Source: Marsupella aquatica
Lineage: Eukaryota > Plantae > Marchantiophyta
Length of the DNA: 64,000 nt
NCBI GenBank assembly: GCA_973895155.1
Contig: OZ316891.1
Span: 17,916,095-17,980,094 of the forward strand
Reading direction: 5' to 3'
Position 1 is the stretch's first letter. Each line of letters begins with the position of its first letter. Shown piece by piece: positions 36,960 through 48,755 of this stretch. A program made the translations under genes and the position numbers. Below the pieces are notes generated by a model. That model searched no databases. It was given only the letters and a program-made list of their open reading frames with translations, and had not been told where the DNA came from.

Positions 36960-38560
36960 TGAGTCCTTGGCAAAGTACTATCTAGTTAATCACTAAGGAC
37001 TATATAGTCCTTGACTCAGGAGTATGGATAGCAGTGAAGTCCTTAGTCAAAGGACTTTACTCCTTGGATAAAAACTATAGTCCTTAGCAAAGGGCTTCAC
37101 TAAGCGTCAAGGACTATATAGTCCTTAGCAAAGGACTCTACTCCTTTGCCCAGGACTATATAGTCCTTAGCAAAGGACTCTACTCCTTTGCCCAGGACTA
37201 TATAGTCCTGGGAAAAGGACTGTAGCCCTTAGACAAAGGACTGTACTCCTTTGCCCAGGACTATATAGTCCTGGGAAAAGGACTTTACTACTTTGTAAAG
37301 GACTTTCTGAAGGACTTTACTACTTTGTAAAGTACTATAGTCCTTTCTAAAGGACTTCACTCCTTTGTGAAGGACTATTAATAGTCCTTACTCAAGGACT
37401 TTACTACTTTGTAAAGGACTATAGTCCTTACTCAAGGACTTTACTACTTTGTAAAGAACTATAGTCCTTTCTCAAGGACTTTACTCCTTTGTGAAGGACT
37501 ATTAATAGTCCTTCCTAAAGGACTTTACTACTTGGTAAAGGACTGTAGTCCTTACTCAAGGACTTTACTACTTTGTAAAGGACTATAGTCCTTCCTCAAG
37601 GACTTCACTCCTTTGTGAAGGACTATTAACTCGGGGGGGTCACTTCCACGGAAGTGACACATCACGTGCGACGAAGTATAGGCCCATTTAAATGGGTGTG
37701 GCGGAAGACTTCCAAAGTTTGGTGGAAGAACACATAGGGCATGTTTTATTGATTGGTCGACTTTAAAGAACACATAGGCCTATTTAATTGCAAAAAATAC
37801 TTTCTATAAAGTTTTTAGGGGTTTTTTAATAAAAAATGACAAAATTTTAAGAAAGAAAGGGCTTTGCAAAAAATTATTTTTCACTTTAAAGTTAGGGGGG
37901 TCAAACCCTAAAACGTCGCACGCGATGTATGACCCTCCATATAGTGACCCCCCCAAGACTATTAATAGTCCTTACTAAAGGACTTTACTACTTTGTAAAC
38001 GACTATAGTCCTTCCCCAAGGACTTTACTCCTTTGTAAAGGACTATAGTCCTTTCTCAAAGACTTTACTCCTTTTAACAGGACTACTAATAGTCCTTGGA
38101 CTTTACTCCTTGGTACGGGCTTTCGTAAAGGACTATAGTCCTTATTCTTTCAAGAACTGTAGTCCTTTGTAAAGGACTATAGTCCTTACTCAAGTGTTTA
38201 CTCCTTTGTAAAGGACTATAGTACTTACTCAAGGACTTCACTCCTTTGTAAAGGACTATAGTCTTTATTCAAGGATTGTAATCCTTATTGAAGTACTTTA
38301 TTCCTTGTCGAGGACTGTCTTTAGTCCTCATCCGAGGACTATGTAGTCCTTCGATAAGGACTTTCATCCTTTGTAAAGGACTATAGTCCTGGGTTGTGTT
38401 ACGTCTATAGACCCCGCTATAGACTAGTCCTTTGTCAACGAGTGAAGCGCTTTGACCAAATGATTGTAGTACTCCTCCCCGATGGACTTTAGTCCTTAAG
38501 CTTTGCTGGTAGTCTTCCAATGAGGATTCCAACCCTTGCTGAAGGACTTCAGTCTAAAAG
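36960..38560. repeat. Intronic array of AAGGACT/AGTCCTT units forming the palindromes AAGGACTATAGTCCTT and AAGGACTATATAGTCCTT
   Basis: Dozens of GGACT/AGTCC units visible inside the transposase intron. Confidence 0.9.
37630..37957. mobile_element. MITE, 328 bp, 8-bp TSD ACTATTAA
   Basis: TIR CTCGGGGGGGTCACT / AGTGACCCCCCCAAG; TSD at 37622-37629 and 37958-37965. Confidence 0.9.
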
Positions 38561-41500
38561 TAAGTAGTACCCAGATATCTAGGGATTTTTATGGCTGCAC
38601 ATTTGAGGGTGTCTATTTGCTATAGTATTTCTAATAAAACTCTCCTATATGTTTACAGTATCAATTCTATTCAGCATTTCGTGACTGGTGCACAAGGGAG
38701 CAGAATGGGGTGTCTGTAGGGATGCGGTCATTCATACACTTCAAGCCATATTATGTTCGCAAGATGAAGGACCGAAATGTTTGTTGCTGCAAACAACATG
38801 TGGAGATGGACTTACTGAAAGAGGCAATTAACAAATTTAGGTGGCACCAGCACAATAAGGACTGTCCTTGTGAATGTGATATCTGTAGACCCTTAGGTGT
38901 TGTACCCATTTCTTCTTGTATGGCATCTACAAAGTCCATAACCTCAGTTCGTGGCTGGATCGAGGAAGCTCTCTGTCCTAGATTGCCTGAGAACGAGTGG
39001 CACCAAAAAGCCTGTATTATAGGTGAATGTGACAAATGTGGAGTAGAGAAGTTGGATTGGTGCACTCAGGAGTTGGACCCTGCACAGAAACAAATGATCG
39101 ATTGGCAGTCGTTTGAATATCATGACCTGGATGACACTGCCCAACAAAAGAGAGAGAAAAAGAAAGGGTCTGAAGAGAGCGCAACAAAGAAGGCTAGGCG
39201 ATTGAGGATGGTTTATAAGAAAACTCCCATGGTAGATTTTAAGAGCGCGGTGTTGGATACCATGAAAACATTTATTGTGCATAACTTTCAAGCACATTGG
39301 CAGTCGCAACAATTTAGACAATGTCTCAAAACATTTCCAAGAGGGACAATTGTTTCTTCAATAGATTTTTCAGAAAATTACACTTTTTGCCTCAAAATGA
39401 GATTCAGAGTCAACATTGGGACAATAAGCAAGTGACATTGTTAATCCATGTTACCTATAGACATAGGGAAGATGCCGATTCACTTGAAGCTGCAGTGGGT
39501 AGGCCTGTGCAAGCAGCACAAAATGCTGATAGGACTCGTGATATTATAGCCGATTACCATTTCTACATTAGTGATGATAACTGTCATGACACTCTTTTTG
39601 TGCAACATTGCATGGATGCACATTGGGAGTGGATGGCTGATCAGGGCATTCATGTTGATCAACATTGGGTTTGGTCTGATGGGGCTGCCTCTCAGTTCAA
39701 GGCCTGCAGACCGTTTTATTACGTCAGTAGGTACTACTCGAGGTTTGGTGCACGGATGAAATGGTTCTTCCATGCCTCTGGCCATGGGAAGGGTGTTGCT
39801 GTGAGTATCTTTTGAACACACTTTGCAACCAATTCTGTGAATACCCGCCTTTCAACTGAAGTGTAGTAAGTTTCTAATGGAGTTGGATGTCCAGACTTGC
39901 ACACCTAAGAGACTTATAATTTGTGTTTCTGGTATGCTGTAATAGGATGCTCTCGGAGGTCACATCAAGACCGGGCTTGCAACTGAGCAACTGAAAGGCA
40001 TCAATGGTCATCGTCTGGAGGGTGCATCAGATGTGGTGAAGTTTTGCAAAGACAAGTTTGCCATTGGTCAATTGCAAGAGTATGGTGATGTGCAACTCGT
40101 TCGACGTGTTTTTTGGGAAATTCCAGTTGGCACTGTAAACAGAAGGAAGAAGTGGGATTGTGATCCAATCAAGGATTGTAGATCTTTGCACTGCTTTGAT
40201 GGATTTAGTAAGAGTTTGTCAACATTGTTGCAAGTTTGAGAGCTCAGTTTTTTTGTGTAGCTTGTGTTGATGATGATCCAATGAATTGTGAGAACAAGGA
40301 ATGGGTAGGCAAGTATCGCCTAGAGATGGTCAAAGGGGTATTGCAGGCAGATGTCAGACCTAATGTACAGAACATCGGAGAGGGTGAAGGACTGCTTGAC
40401 AACATCTCTCTGCCAGAATGTGTCCAATTGGGAGATTTCTATGCATGTCGTGCTTGTCAACCGAATCAAGATAATGTAGATTTCTACATTTATCAGTGCG
40501 AAGAGGTGCTCCACATAGTCACAAAGAGTTTTGCTCATGGGTACCAGGTACAATTCAAGGCAGGGGACATGGCCTTAAAGGGGAGGTGGTTCCAACCATA
40601 TCCAGGATCAGAAAACAAGTTTGTCTTCAATTCTGCTTCTCCTTTCAGCTACTACCACCCAGGGGAAGTCATTCACATTCGATTTGGTTTGACACCATGT
40701 GACGTGCCCAAGGGAGGCAAGGGACGAGGTGCTAGATTTTACACACTAGACTCAGACACTATAGAAGCCATTTATGACTCGCTGCAGGTGTAGGTTCTGT
40801 AAGACTCGCTGCAGGTGTAGGTTCTGGATGTGTGTGATGAGGATATCCAAAGTTTCAGTCTTGTAGGTGAGGCTAGTTTTGTCTTACATGAAGATTTCCA
40901 AGAATTCTGTCTCGTAGGCGAGGCTGGTTTTTATGGAATTGTAAAATTGTTCAGAGATTTAATGTAAGGTGCGCATTGACTTATTTTTCACCTTCATTTC
41001 ATTTTAGCATCAACAATGGTTGGTCACAACCCGTCAGGCAGAACCAGTAACATTGTGTAAGTACTGTTGTAATGGTAGTGTCCCTCAAAAGTGTCGGAAT
41101 GACTAAGTGTCATTATACTTTTTTGACAAAACATAGAAATCTATCATCTTTGACTATTTTTCACTTCTAATCCTAAACTCAAAAAGTGGTGAATCTTAAG
41201 CCGTGGCTTCTACTATCTACAATCTCTATGCTAACAATTTTTAAGACTTTTTTTGAGTAGCTAAAGTGCCTCAATAAAATTGCAGAAAAGTGCTTACGTA
41301 GCACAAACCCTGAATCCATCCATATCCATGAACAGATTCCTTGTCGCCTAAATACTTGATGTCTTCAGGTTCTTTCCATGGTTTCCCATTCTACTCGTCC
41401 GACCCTGAAGGGGCTTTACTAGGACAATATTGAATATCTATCCCAGTGGGAGTTTTATTGGTTTTGAGGCACTTTGTCTCTCAATTGAGAGAGTTAAATT

Positions 41501-41712
41501 ATCATTTTTGCATGTACTCAATATTACATATTCAATATTTCACCGGCGGGGCAATAATTTTGATCACATTGGGGACACCCAGATGGTTCTGTTGCTCGCC
41601 ATGACTAAAGAACAATAGAAAAAAATCACATAAACCATAATAATGCACTTTGCCAGTAGTTCAAAGTAAAGCGGGTCTGGAGAAGTGTCCCATGTTGAAG
41701 CCAGATATTATC

Positions 41713-42009
41713 CTCGGGGGTTTCACTTCCACAAAAATGGCATATCACGTGCGACAAAGTATAGGGTCATTTTATTGGTTCAAAGGGAAGACTTAAGAAT
41801 TTTCTGAGAAAAACAATAGGGTCTTTTAAATCCAATTTTGAGACTTATAAGAACATTAGGGTCCTTATAACAAATATTCTGGAATATTCCAAGAATATTC
41901 CAACTTTATAGGGGTTGAAAAAATAAAAAAAATTCTTGCATTTTAGGGGGTCCAAGGCCTAAAAACGTCGCAGGTGATGGGGAGGCATCCGTATAGTGAG
42001 GCCCCCGAG
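41713..42009. mobile_element. MITE, 297 bp, 8-bp TSD ATATTATC; same family as 37630-37957
   Basis: CTCGGGGGTTTCACT...AGTGAGGCCCCCGAG with shared internal ATCACGTGCGAC/GTCGCA motifs; TSD at 41705-41712 and 42010-42017. Confidence 0.9.
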
Positions 42010-42330
42010 ATATTATCCCGCAAGGAATTTGCAGCACCCACACGTAGACAGGATCCTAGTGGAAACAAAAGACGAAATGTATGGAGCTTTCGTGACCAAA
42101 CCACTCAATTAAAATAGACATGAATGTGGGCATGAATAACATGTGCGGTTTTCTTCAAACTATCTAAATTGTAACCAGGCACCAAATTCTGAGATGAATA
42201 CATAGTTGGTAAGAAAAAGTCTTACAATGAAAATGAGGCTCCCAAGGCCTCAATCCCTAACAAAGTATCATCCAAAACCAGATGATTTAACCCAGCCATC
42301 CGAAACCCTTCTCTTGTATAGTTTGACTGC

Positions 42331-42912
42331 CTACTTTTTGATGCTAAAAGACCTGAATGTCTCCAGTATGTCTGACCCTAGGTCAGCAACAATATTCTTA
42401 AGCTTGCTAAGGCCAACTTTGGCCACAGACGACTCGTCTGCTGGAGCCTCGACTTTGATTTCTTCAAAGTACAATGCTCGAGGCAGATCTCCTCCCTTGT
42501 CACCCTTGACATACCTGATGATCCAAGTCCTTGCCAAAACCTGATCCCTGATCTCATCTCTCCTCTCATCATCAGAATCCCTATAGTCCTGGCCCGAGAT
42601 CCCCATCGACTGCAGACCAATAGCTTCATTCACTTGAAGCACCACATCGCCAACCTGCACAGCAAAACAGTACATATATGTTCCTTCCCCATCCCTAGAA
42701 CAAGAGTGCTGGAGTCTGTTGCGTGATCGAGGACCTAAAGGTGACTCAGGATTCTGCATTCTCAACCTCCGTTTGTGCTTTCCCAAGGTGCAGGGACGGC
42801 CGTCACTCAAAACTCCCCCACAGCCTTCATAAGTAAAGGCTCCAGCACATAGACCCCATATCTGATCAATCCTGACCTCATGGAGAGTATCATAAAGGCT
42901 AAGCTTCTCCAT
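42331..42912 (-). CDS. Cargo protein resembling the RPA1 C-terminal OB fold (ssDNA binding)
   Basis: FTYEGC...C...C...YMYCFAVQVGD...GLQSMGISGQDY...IRDQVLARTWIIR; uninterrupted 193-aa ORF. Confidence 0.5.
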   Translation of the reverse strand: MEKLSLYDTLHEVRIDQIWGLCAGAFTYEGCGGVLSDGRPCTLGKHKRRLRMQNPESPLGPRSRNRLQHSCSRDGEGTYMYCFAVQVGDVVLQVNEAIGLQSMGISGQDYRDSDDERRDEIRDQVLARTWIIRYVKGDKGGDLPRALYFEEIKVEAPADESSVAKVGLSKLKNIVADLGSDILETFRSFSIKK

Positions 42913-42979
42913 CTGCCAAACTGAAGCACCTCATTCTCAAAATCAAGAATTCAACAATTTGAATCAAACAAACTAACCA

Positions 42980-43460
42980 AAGACTCTTGCACTTTCTCAC
43001 TCCACAGACTTTTGCAAGGATTTCCCAAGGACTTCAAGTCCTTCCTCACTCCAAGTCCTTGGTAAATCCTTAGAGTCCTTACCGAAGGACTTAGCCAAGG
43101 ACTCAGTGTTCTTGTCGATGGACTAAGTGTCCTTGCCCAAGGACTCCTGTCCTTTCCCAAGGACTCGGGGTCCTTCCCCAAGGACTCCAAAGGACTCCGG
43201 GTCCTTTCCCAAGGACTCCCTCTCCTTTCCCAAGGACTCCGTGTCCTTGCCCAAGGACTCCGTGTCCTTGCCCAATGACTACTAGTCCTTTCCCAAGGAC
43301 TCTGCCCAAGGACTCCAAGTCCTAGTCATGGCCGAAGGACTCCCAATCCTTGCCCCACGACTCCAATAAGGACTTCAAGTGCTTATGAAGGACTTCAAGT
43401 GCTCAAGCGAGAACTGAAAGTCCTTAAGAAGGACTTGAACTCCTTGGCCCTTGTTGTCTG
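42980..43460. repeat. Second AAGGACT array (CCAAGGACTCC..GTCCTT units)
   Basis: ~20-bp tandem units upstream of the OB-fold ORF. Confidence 0.85.
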
Positions 43461-43549
43461 AGTCCTGCTAGTGTGACAAACCATAATGACAACCAAAGGC
43501 AAACAAATAAAGGACAAAAGAACATCACAAGGTAGGAAACCCATAGTTA

Positions 43550-46185
43550 CCTGCTTGATCTCTACAACTAGTTCACAGTAGTGGCTCTTGTTTTCCGCCC
43601 TGATTTAGTTTGTTGCACATAAAACGATTTTCTATATTATTCAGTTTACAGCACCCAGAGAAAAACCTTCTTCCTTTTGCTACGGGTCTCTCACAAGAAG
43701 TTGCAATCTTTTCCTGGAGTTTGATGACTTGGGAGGAACAACTTGGGATTGGATTGCACTCCTGGACTGTGGAGGAGATGTTTCTCCTGCTTCAGTTTGA
43801 ACAAGGCTCAACAGTTGCCTGAATGAAACATGAGAGAGAGACTCAGGAGTGAAGGGCAAGGTGCCAAGCTCAAGAGATGTCAATGGGGTACTGGTCACCT
43901 TGCTAGCTACTTCACTCTCCTGCTTCTATTTCTTCCTCACATGCAGTCCGATGGCTGCTGTGGAATTGAACACTGGCATTTCAGGAGACTCATCCACAGG
44001 GGCACCCTGTTCATGCACCACACTAGTGTGGTCCACATTGTTCAACAACACAGTTGCTTGGACCTCGGCTTGTTCCTGCACACACAATGACGACATTCAC
44101 TTAATGGCCCAACTAAAAACTCAAACTGTCCAACTACCTAAACATGACCTGCAAGCCTAGTCTGGTTATACACATACCACTGCTTGCGTGGACTGCATCT
44201 GTTGCAAAAGGTGACGACGTGTGCCCAATTGGGCACTGTTAGCCCCATATGTTGCCTTCAAATCCTGAATATAGGAGCCTTCACCTGACGGCAGCTTGTC
44301 TACCGCTCTCTTTGGAAGACCCCAACTTCGAATCCAATCTTCACAAAAGGGTTCCCCACAAGCAAAGCAACAACTTGTCCTTGTTTTATCCCCCAACAAG
44401 GTAAATAAACAATGCGGATGATAGGCGTGGCCACAACTTGCTGGAACCCAATTGAAACAATGATACCCGTGGCAACAAACTGGACAATTACTCACGAGCA
44501 CTTCAGTTCCCACTATCGTAGTTGATGTGGGAACAAATCAAGGCTGCAATGCTGGACATGGATTGGACAACACAGGCTCCAAAATGGACAATTCAGCCTT
44601 TTGAGCTGCTGCAGCCAACTCCAAACGCTTCACATGTCCTTCCAACTGTGATTCCACAACTTTCAAACGAGCCACCTTGTGTGGTAACTGTTCAAAGCGC
44701 TTCTTCCTGGTCTCAATGAGCTTCTCAAATGTAGGCATCCCCTTTAGGATAAATGACTCAGATTCCTTCAAAGCCTCCATGGCCTTGTTACCCTCCTCCA
44801 ACTTCTGTTGCAGGATAACAACATAGCTTTCCTGCCCACCCCAAAAAAGATATGCACACGACAACATTATTTGCAGCTCATCGTCAATGCATCAATGCCT
44901 CGTCCTGCTAAATTGAATCCAACATCTCAACTAAATATATATATCCAGCCTACAGATAGTTTGATGGGCACAGGGACAGGTATATATATGGTCTGACATT
45001 GTACCTCCTCATCTTGCTCTCCCTTGAGCTCCTCAAGCTCTATTTCCGTTGACATGTCATCATACAAGGTGTCTGCGGCCTTCACTTTGATTCTCACATC
45101 TTGCAATTCTTGCTGTAGTTTCTGAAGTTGGTCCACCAGACCAGAGCTGAGTTTTGGATGATCCTCATTTGCTGCCTCCAAGTCTTGCACAGTCTTCTGA
45201 ACCTTACTGATGCTCTCATGGGTGTCTCTAAGACTGCATTTGATCGTGACTATTTGCCCATCCAGAATAGCAAGCAAAAGACTTCTTGGCACTATAGGGA
45301 CAACAGGAGAAATAGGCTTGGCAGGGAGAAGCGTTGTTGCGGGGGCAGAAAGGGCAGCCTCCAATGGTTTGGGATGTGCGCTCTCGCGTGCGCTTCCCTT
45401 GCTACCAAAATCCGCTCCTGAATCGGCTGTCCCCGGATGAGCTTTGTCCCCTGGCGCTTGATGCTTGATACAAATCTTTTTCCTAACCCGATTCTGAGTA
45501 TCTTCACTAAATTCCTGAGGCACTGGTGGCGAATACAGACGCAACCTCCTAACGCAAGGAGGCCCATCTGGCTTACCCTTTCCATCTCGCTCCCATTGGG
45601 CAATTTGCCCCTTCAGCTTCGACACCGCATACACACACCAGTCCACCTTTCGCCTTTGGATCCTTTCTGCATATGCCCCTTTGATGAAAGTGAAAGACAA
45701 GAATCCATTCACTGGTGCATCGTAACCATCCACGACTTGGGATAGCTGCAAAACCTCCTCAATTGGGAGGCCCACACAGAGACTCAACTTATACCCATTC
45801 CTGTCTTTCTCTCCAAACACTTCGGCCAATTGCTCCTTTGATCTTTGATCTTATGAGGACTAACACCTTCATTTGGAAGACCAAATGTGACATGGAAATA
45901 CTCTGCGTCCTTCACATAATCTTTAGGATCCCATGGCTCTAGAGGCGGCTCCACCTTAGTCTTTGGTTTTGCAGTTTTGATACTCTCTACAAGAGCTGGA
46001 GAGTCGGGAGAAGCACGATCTGTAGCTTGGGAGGCATACGTGGTTGGTTTGCTAGTGGACCGGACTCTGCTGCTACGAGGGAGAACAGGGTCTGGGACTG
46101 TAACTATCTCCATTTCTCCTAGCTCAAGAGTAGAAGTTCTAGGAGCTTCTGGATTATCAGTTAAGGCATCCATGACGGCATTCAA
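43550..46185 (-). pseudogene. Cargo gene: plant-mobile-domain-like region + coiled coil + RING finger
   Basis: Collinear ORFs 45784-46185, 44927-45829, 44538-44867 and 44166-44513. RING: CPVC...SCGHAYHPHC...CFAC. Confidence 0.65.
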
Positions 46186-48302
46186 AAATACGCTAGTACA
46201 GAGGAAAGTTGTGGTGAAAACTCAAAGTATAAGCAAGCGTATCGGGCCAACACCTACATTATTACCTCAGGACTGCTGCGGATTGAAAGTGGATGTTGGT
46301 TGGATTCAATCACCAATGACTCGGGTAAAATTTCCTCCGCTGGCTTCAAACAAACCGCCCACTCGGCCTACATGCATTACACAATGGAATTAGAAGGTTG
46401 CATTACTCCAACCAATGCAGCTGACGGATAATCCCATGTTAATAGCACGCGAACAGATAGGGGTACATACGACAGTCTATCAAAAAGTCAGCTAAGGAAT
46501 CGAAAGAATGCTAGCCATCATTTTTGAGAGTTTGATCATCATGTGCAAACCAAACCTATGTCAGCGACCCGTCGAAGTGCTCAGATGTGAAAAAAACAAT
46601 GAAATCGCTTCCGAAAGTAAGTTGGCCGTCCTCCACTAGCTTCCCTTTGTTGCCAATAAACTCTGCTGCGACGAGAGCTCTCGGGCTGTAATTATCTCAA
46701 TGGTTTGAATGGGTCGGGCCGACATGGACAATCTTGCAATGCGCAAAAAAATACCTACTTGTTTGCAATTTCTCGTCGCTCTCTCTTCCTGCCCCAACAC
46801 TCGAACACTACTGATTTTGCCTATGGACCTCAAGCTGCTTGGTGTCCACCATGAAACACTTCGTAAAATTTGATAGCTCAGGCATAAAACTCTCAATAAT
46901 ACTCCTTTGTCCTCGAGTCCTTACTACTGTTGAGACTATCGCGCCAAAGTTGGAAGGACTTGGAGTCCTTGTTTCAAAATGTCCTGGCCGGCGGGGATTG
47001 CGAGGACATTTATTGTAGGTTTCCAAGACTTCCGAGTCCTTTTTTTGAAAAGTAAACGACGGCTACTCGCCTCGAGGACATTAAACACATCATAAGTACT
47101 CTATATGAGGATACGAGTGCAAGCTTTACTAGGGTCCTACTAAATCCAAAAAAATCATTTAATGGAATCAGTTCACCAGTTCAAATCTAGCCTTTGATAT
47201 ACGTATCCTCAATCTTGGCCATTGAGGGATATGTTGCACATTTAATGCAAAATGGCAAGGACTCGAGTCCTTTTTGTGGAGAAAATTGGTAGTCCTCAAT
47301 CATGCAATCCACCAAATGTCGAGTGGTCGAGTGACCGTCAACTCTCTGCGAACGCGAGTGGTCAGTGAACCGTCGCCTGGGCATTTGAACTAAACCCGTG
47401 GCCCATTCGTCATGGAACTTGCTAATGGAAATGGGAAATGGTCATTTCCCGCGGCCAAAAGTTAAGGTATGCAAAATAGACATACCATTTGAGTTACGGG
47501 AAAGTTGTTAACCAGAGGGTTAACGCTTGGCGTTAAGTCTCAAAATCCCAGGTTTGAGACGCCCTATTTGGTAGACTTGGTTGAATGACTCTCAACAGAC
47601 CAAAGTTCAAGAATGAATAATCTCAGGACTCAACATTTCAGGCAATTGTACAAAGTTTGTTGCTGGGTTGGTGTTATAAGTACTGAACATAGCTCTTTAG
47701 ACAAGAGCTCTTAATACAATAATGTTGAAAAAGAGCAAGAACCCTCGTTTATATGGCTAAATTGTTTGAAGAGGGCTATATACTCTGAATGACTACCGTG
47801 TGAGAGTATCAATAAGGGCAGACAGTAGATAATTATATAAACGCACACTTCGGGATGATCTAAACAAAAGTTTAAACTTCGACTCAACGATGGGGCACAA
47901 CAAAGTAACAAGGACTTAGCGCAAGCACTCAGCACTCAGCACTCTGATTCGATTTGCTCTGAGTAGTAGTTGTAGTAATAGTAGTAGTACAGCGCACGCC
48001 AGGGAGTGAGCGATGATGATCGCCGCGGCTGCAACCTCAATTCTCTCCTCTCAAGCTTCTTGATCTCCCTCCGCACCGGGTAAACAACGTATCGCATTTG
48101 CCGGAGGGGACTGGTTCCCAAGGCATCCCTTATCTCCACCGTCTCCACCACCTCACCGGCCCTGGCATGGGACCCTTACGAAGCCATACACTCTTAATAG
48201 ATCTGTATATAGAAAGCTTCGACGAGGTCAATGTTCAGAACGAAGTATGTACTGCAGGTCATTACGACATCAACTCTAATCTGTCCAGAAACGTGGATAA
48301 GC

Positions 48303-48755
48303 TCAAATTTTCAGAAAAAAGCTGGTGGTGAAGGAGAGGGTGCAAATCATCAACACAGTCATGCTGAAGTATCCCAACATCCCGCCCTTCAGTCTCCTCT
48401 TGGGCTCACCCGTGGAATAGCCTCGGAAGTAAGTGACACGAGCCGCCAGGAACAAGGCTCCCGCGAGGGTGGCAATCCGAGGATGCTGGAGTCCAGCCGT
48501 CAGGAGCAAGGTAAGAAAGAAGGGCACGATCTCCAAGAAGTTCTGATGTCCCATCTGGACGCAGTTGAACAGCTTTGCGTCCTTATTCTCGCTCTCCAGC
48601 GCATACAGATTCGGAAACCGGACGCCATACTTCTTGTGAGCAGCTCCCACGCCTTTCATCATGTAGAAGTCCACAACGCAGGCCGCAACCACAACCAGAG
48701 CCACAAGGCTGAACTCCGAGTAAACCTCGAGCCCCATTCTTATCGTTTCGATCAT
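48303..48755 (-). CDS. MAPEG family, microsomal glutathione S-transferase 3-like
   Basis: KKYGVRFPNLYA...FNCVQMGHQNFLE...RVTYFRGYSTGEPKRR; hydrophobic helices; single exon. Confidence 0.9.
   Translation of the reverse strand: MIETIRMGLEVYSEFSLVALVVVAACVVDFYMMKGVGAAHKKYGVRFPNLYALESENKDAKLFNCVQMGHQNFLEIVPFFLTLLLTAGLQHPRIATLAGALFLAARVTYFRGYSTGEPKRRLKGGMLGYFSMTVLMICTLSFTTSFFLKI

Larger units (their letters stand above)
35585..40793 (+). pseudogene. Sola2-like DDD transposase (introns 36670-38658 and 39801-39945), frameshifted
   Basis: RKVRRDKIS..V..FW, CCCKQH, CIIGECDKCG, IDFSENY, QNEIQSQHW..QVT, ISDD..HD, WSDGAASQFK, HGKGVA|DALGGHIK. Frameshifts at ~36470, ~39385 and ~40245. Confidence 0.85.
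33851..47313 (+). mobile_element. 13.5-kb Sola2-like TIR DNA transposon with cargo genes
   Basis: 28-bp TIRs GGTGGATTGCATGATTGA(A/G)GACTACCAA (33851-33878 and 47286-47313, 1 mismatch); 4-bp TSD AAAT (33847-33850, 47314-47317). Confidence 0.9.

Noticed and set aside
36960-38560. AAGGACT array as a CRISPR array or coding repeat
   Set aside because: Degenerate short-unit tandem array without spacers; the ORFs over it are low-complexity artefacts.
47500-47570. tRNA/SINE-like fragment (GGTTAACGC...CCCAGGTTTGAGAC)
   Set aside because: Too degenerate; no cloverleaf, tail or TSD.
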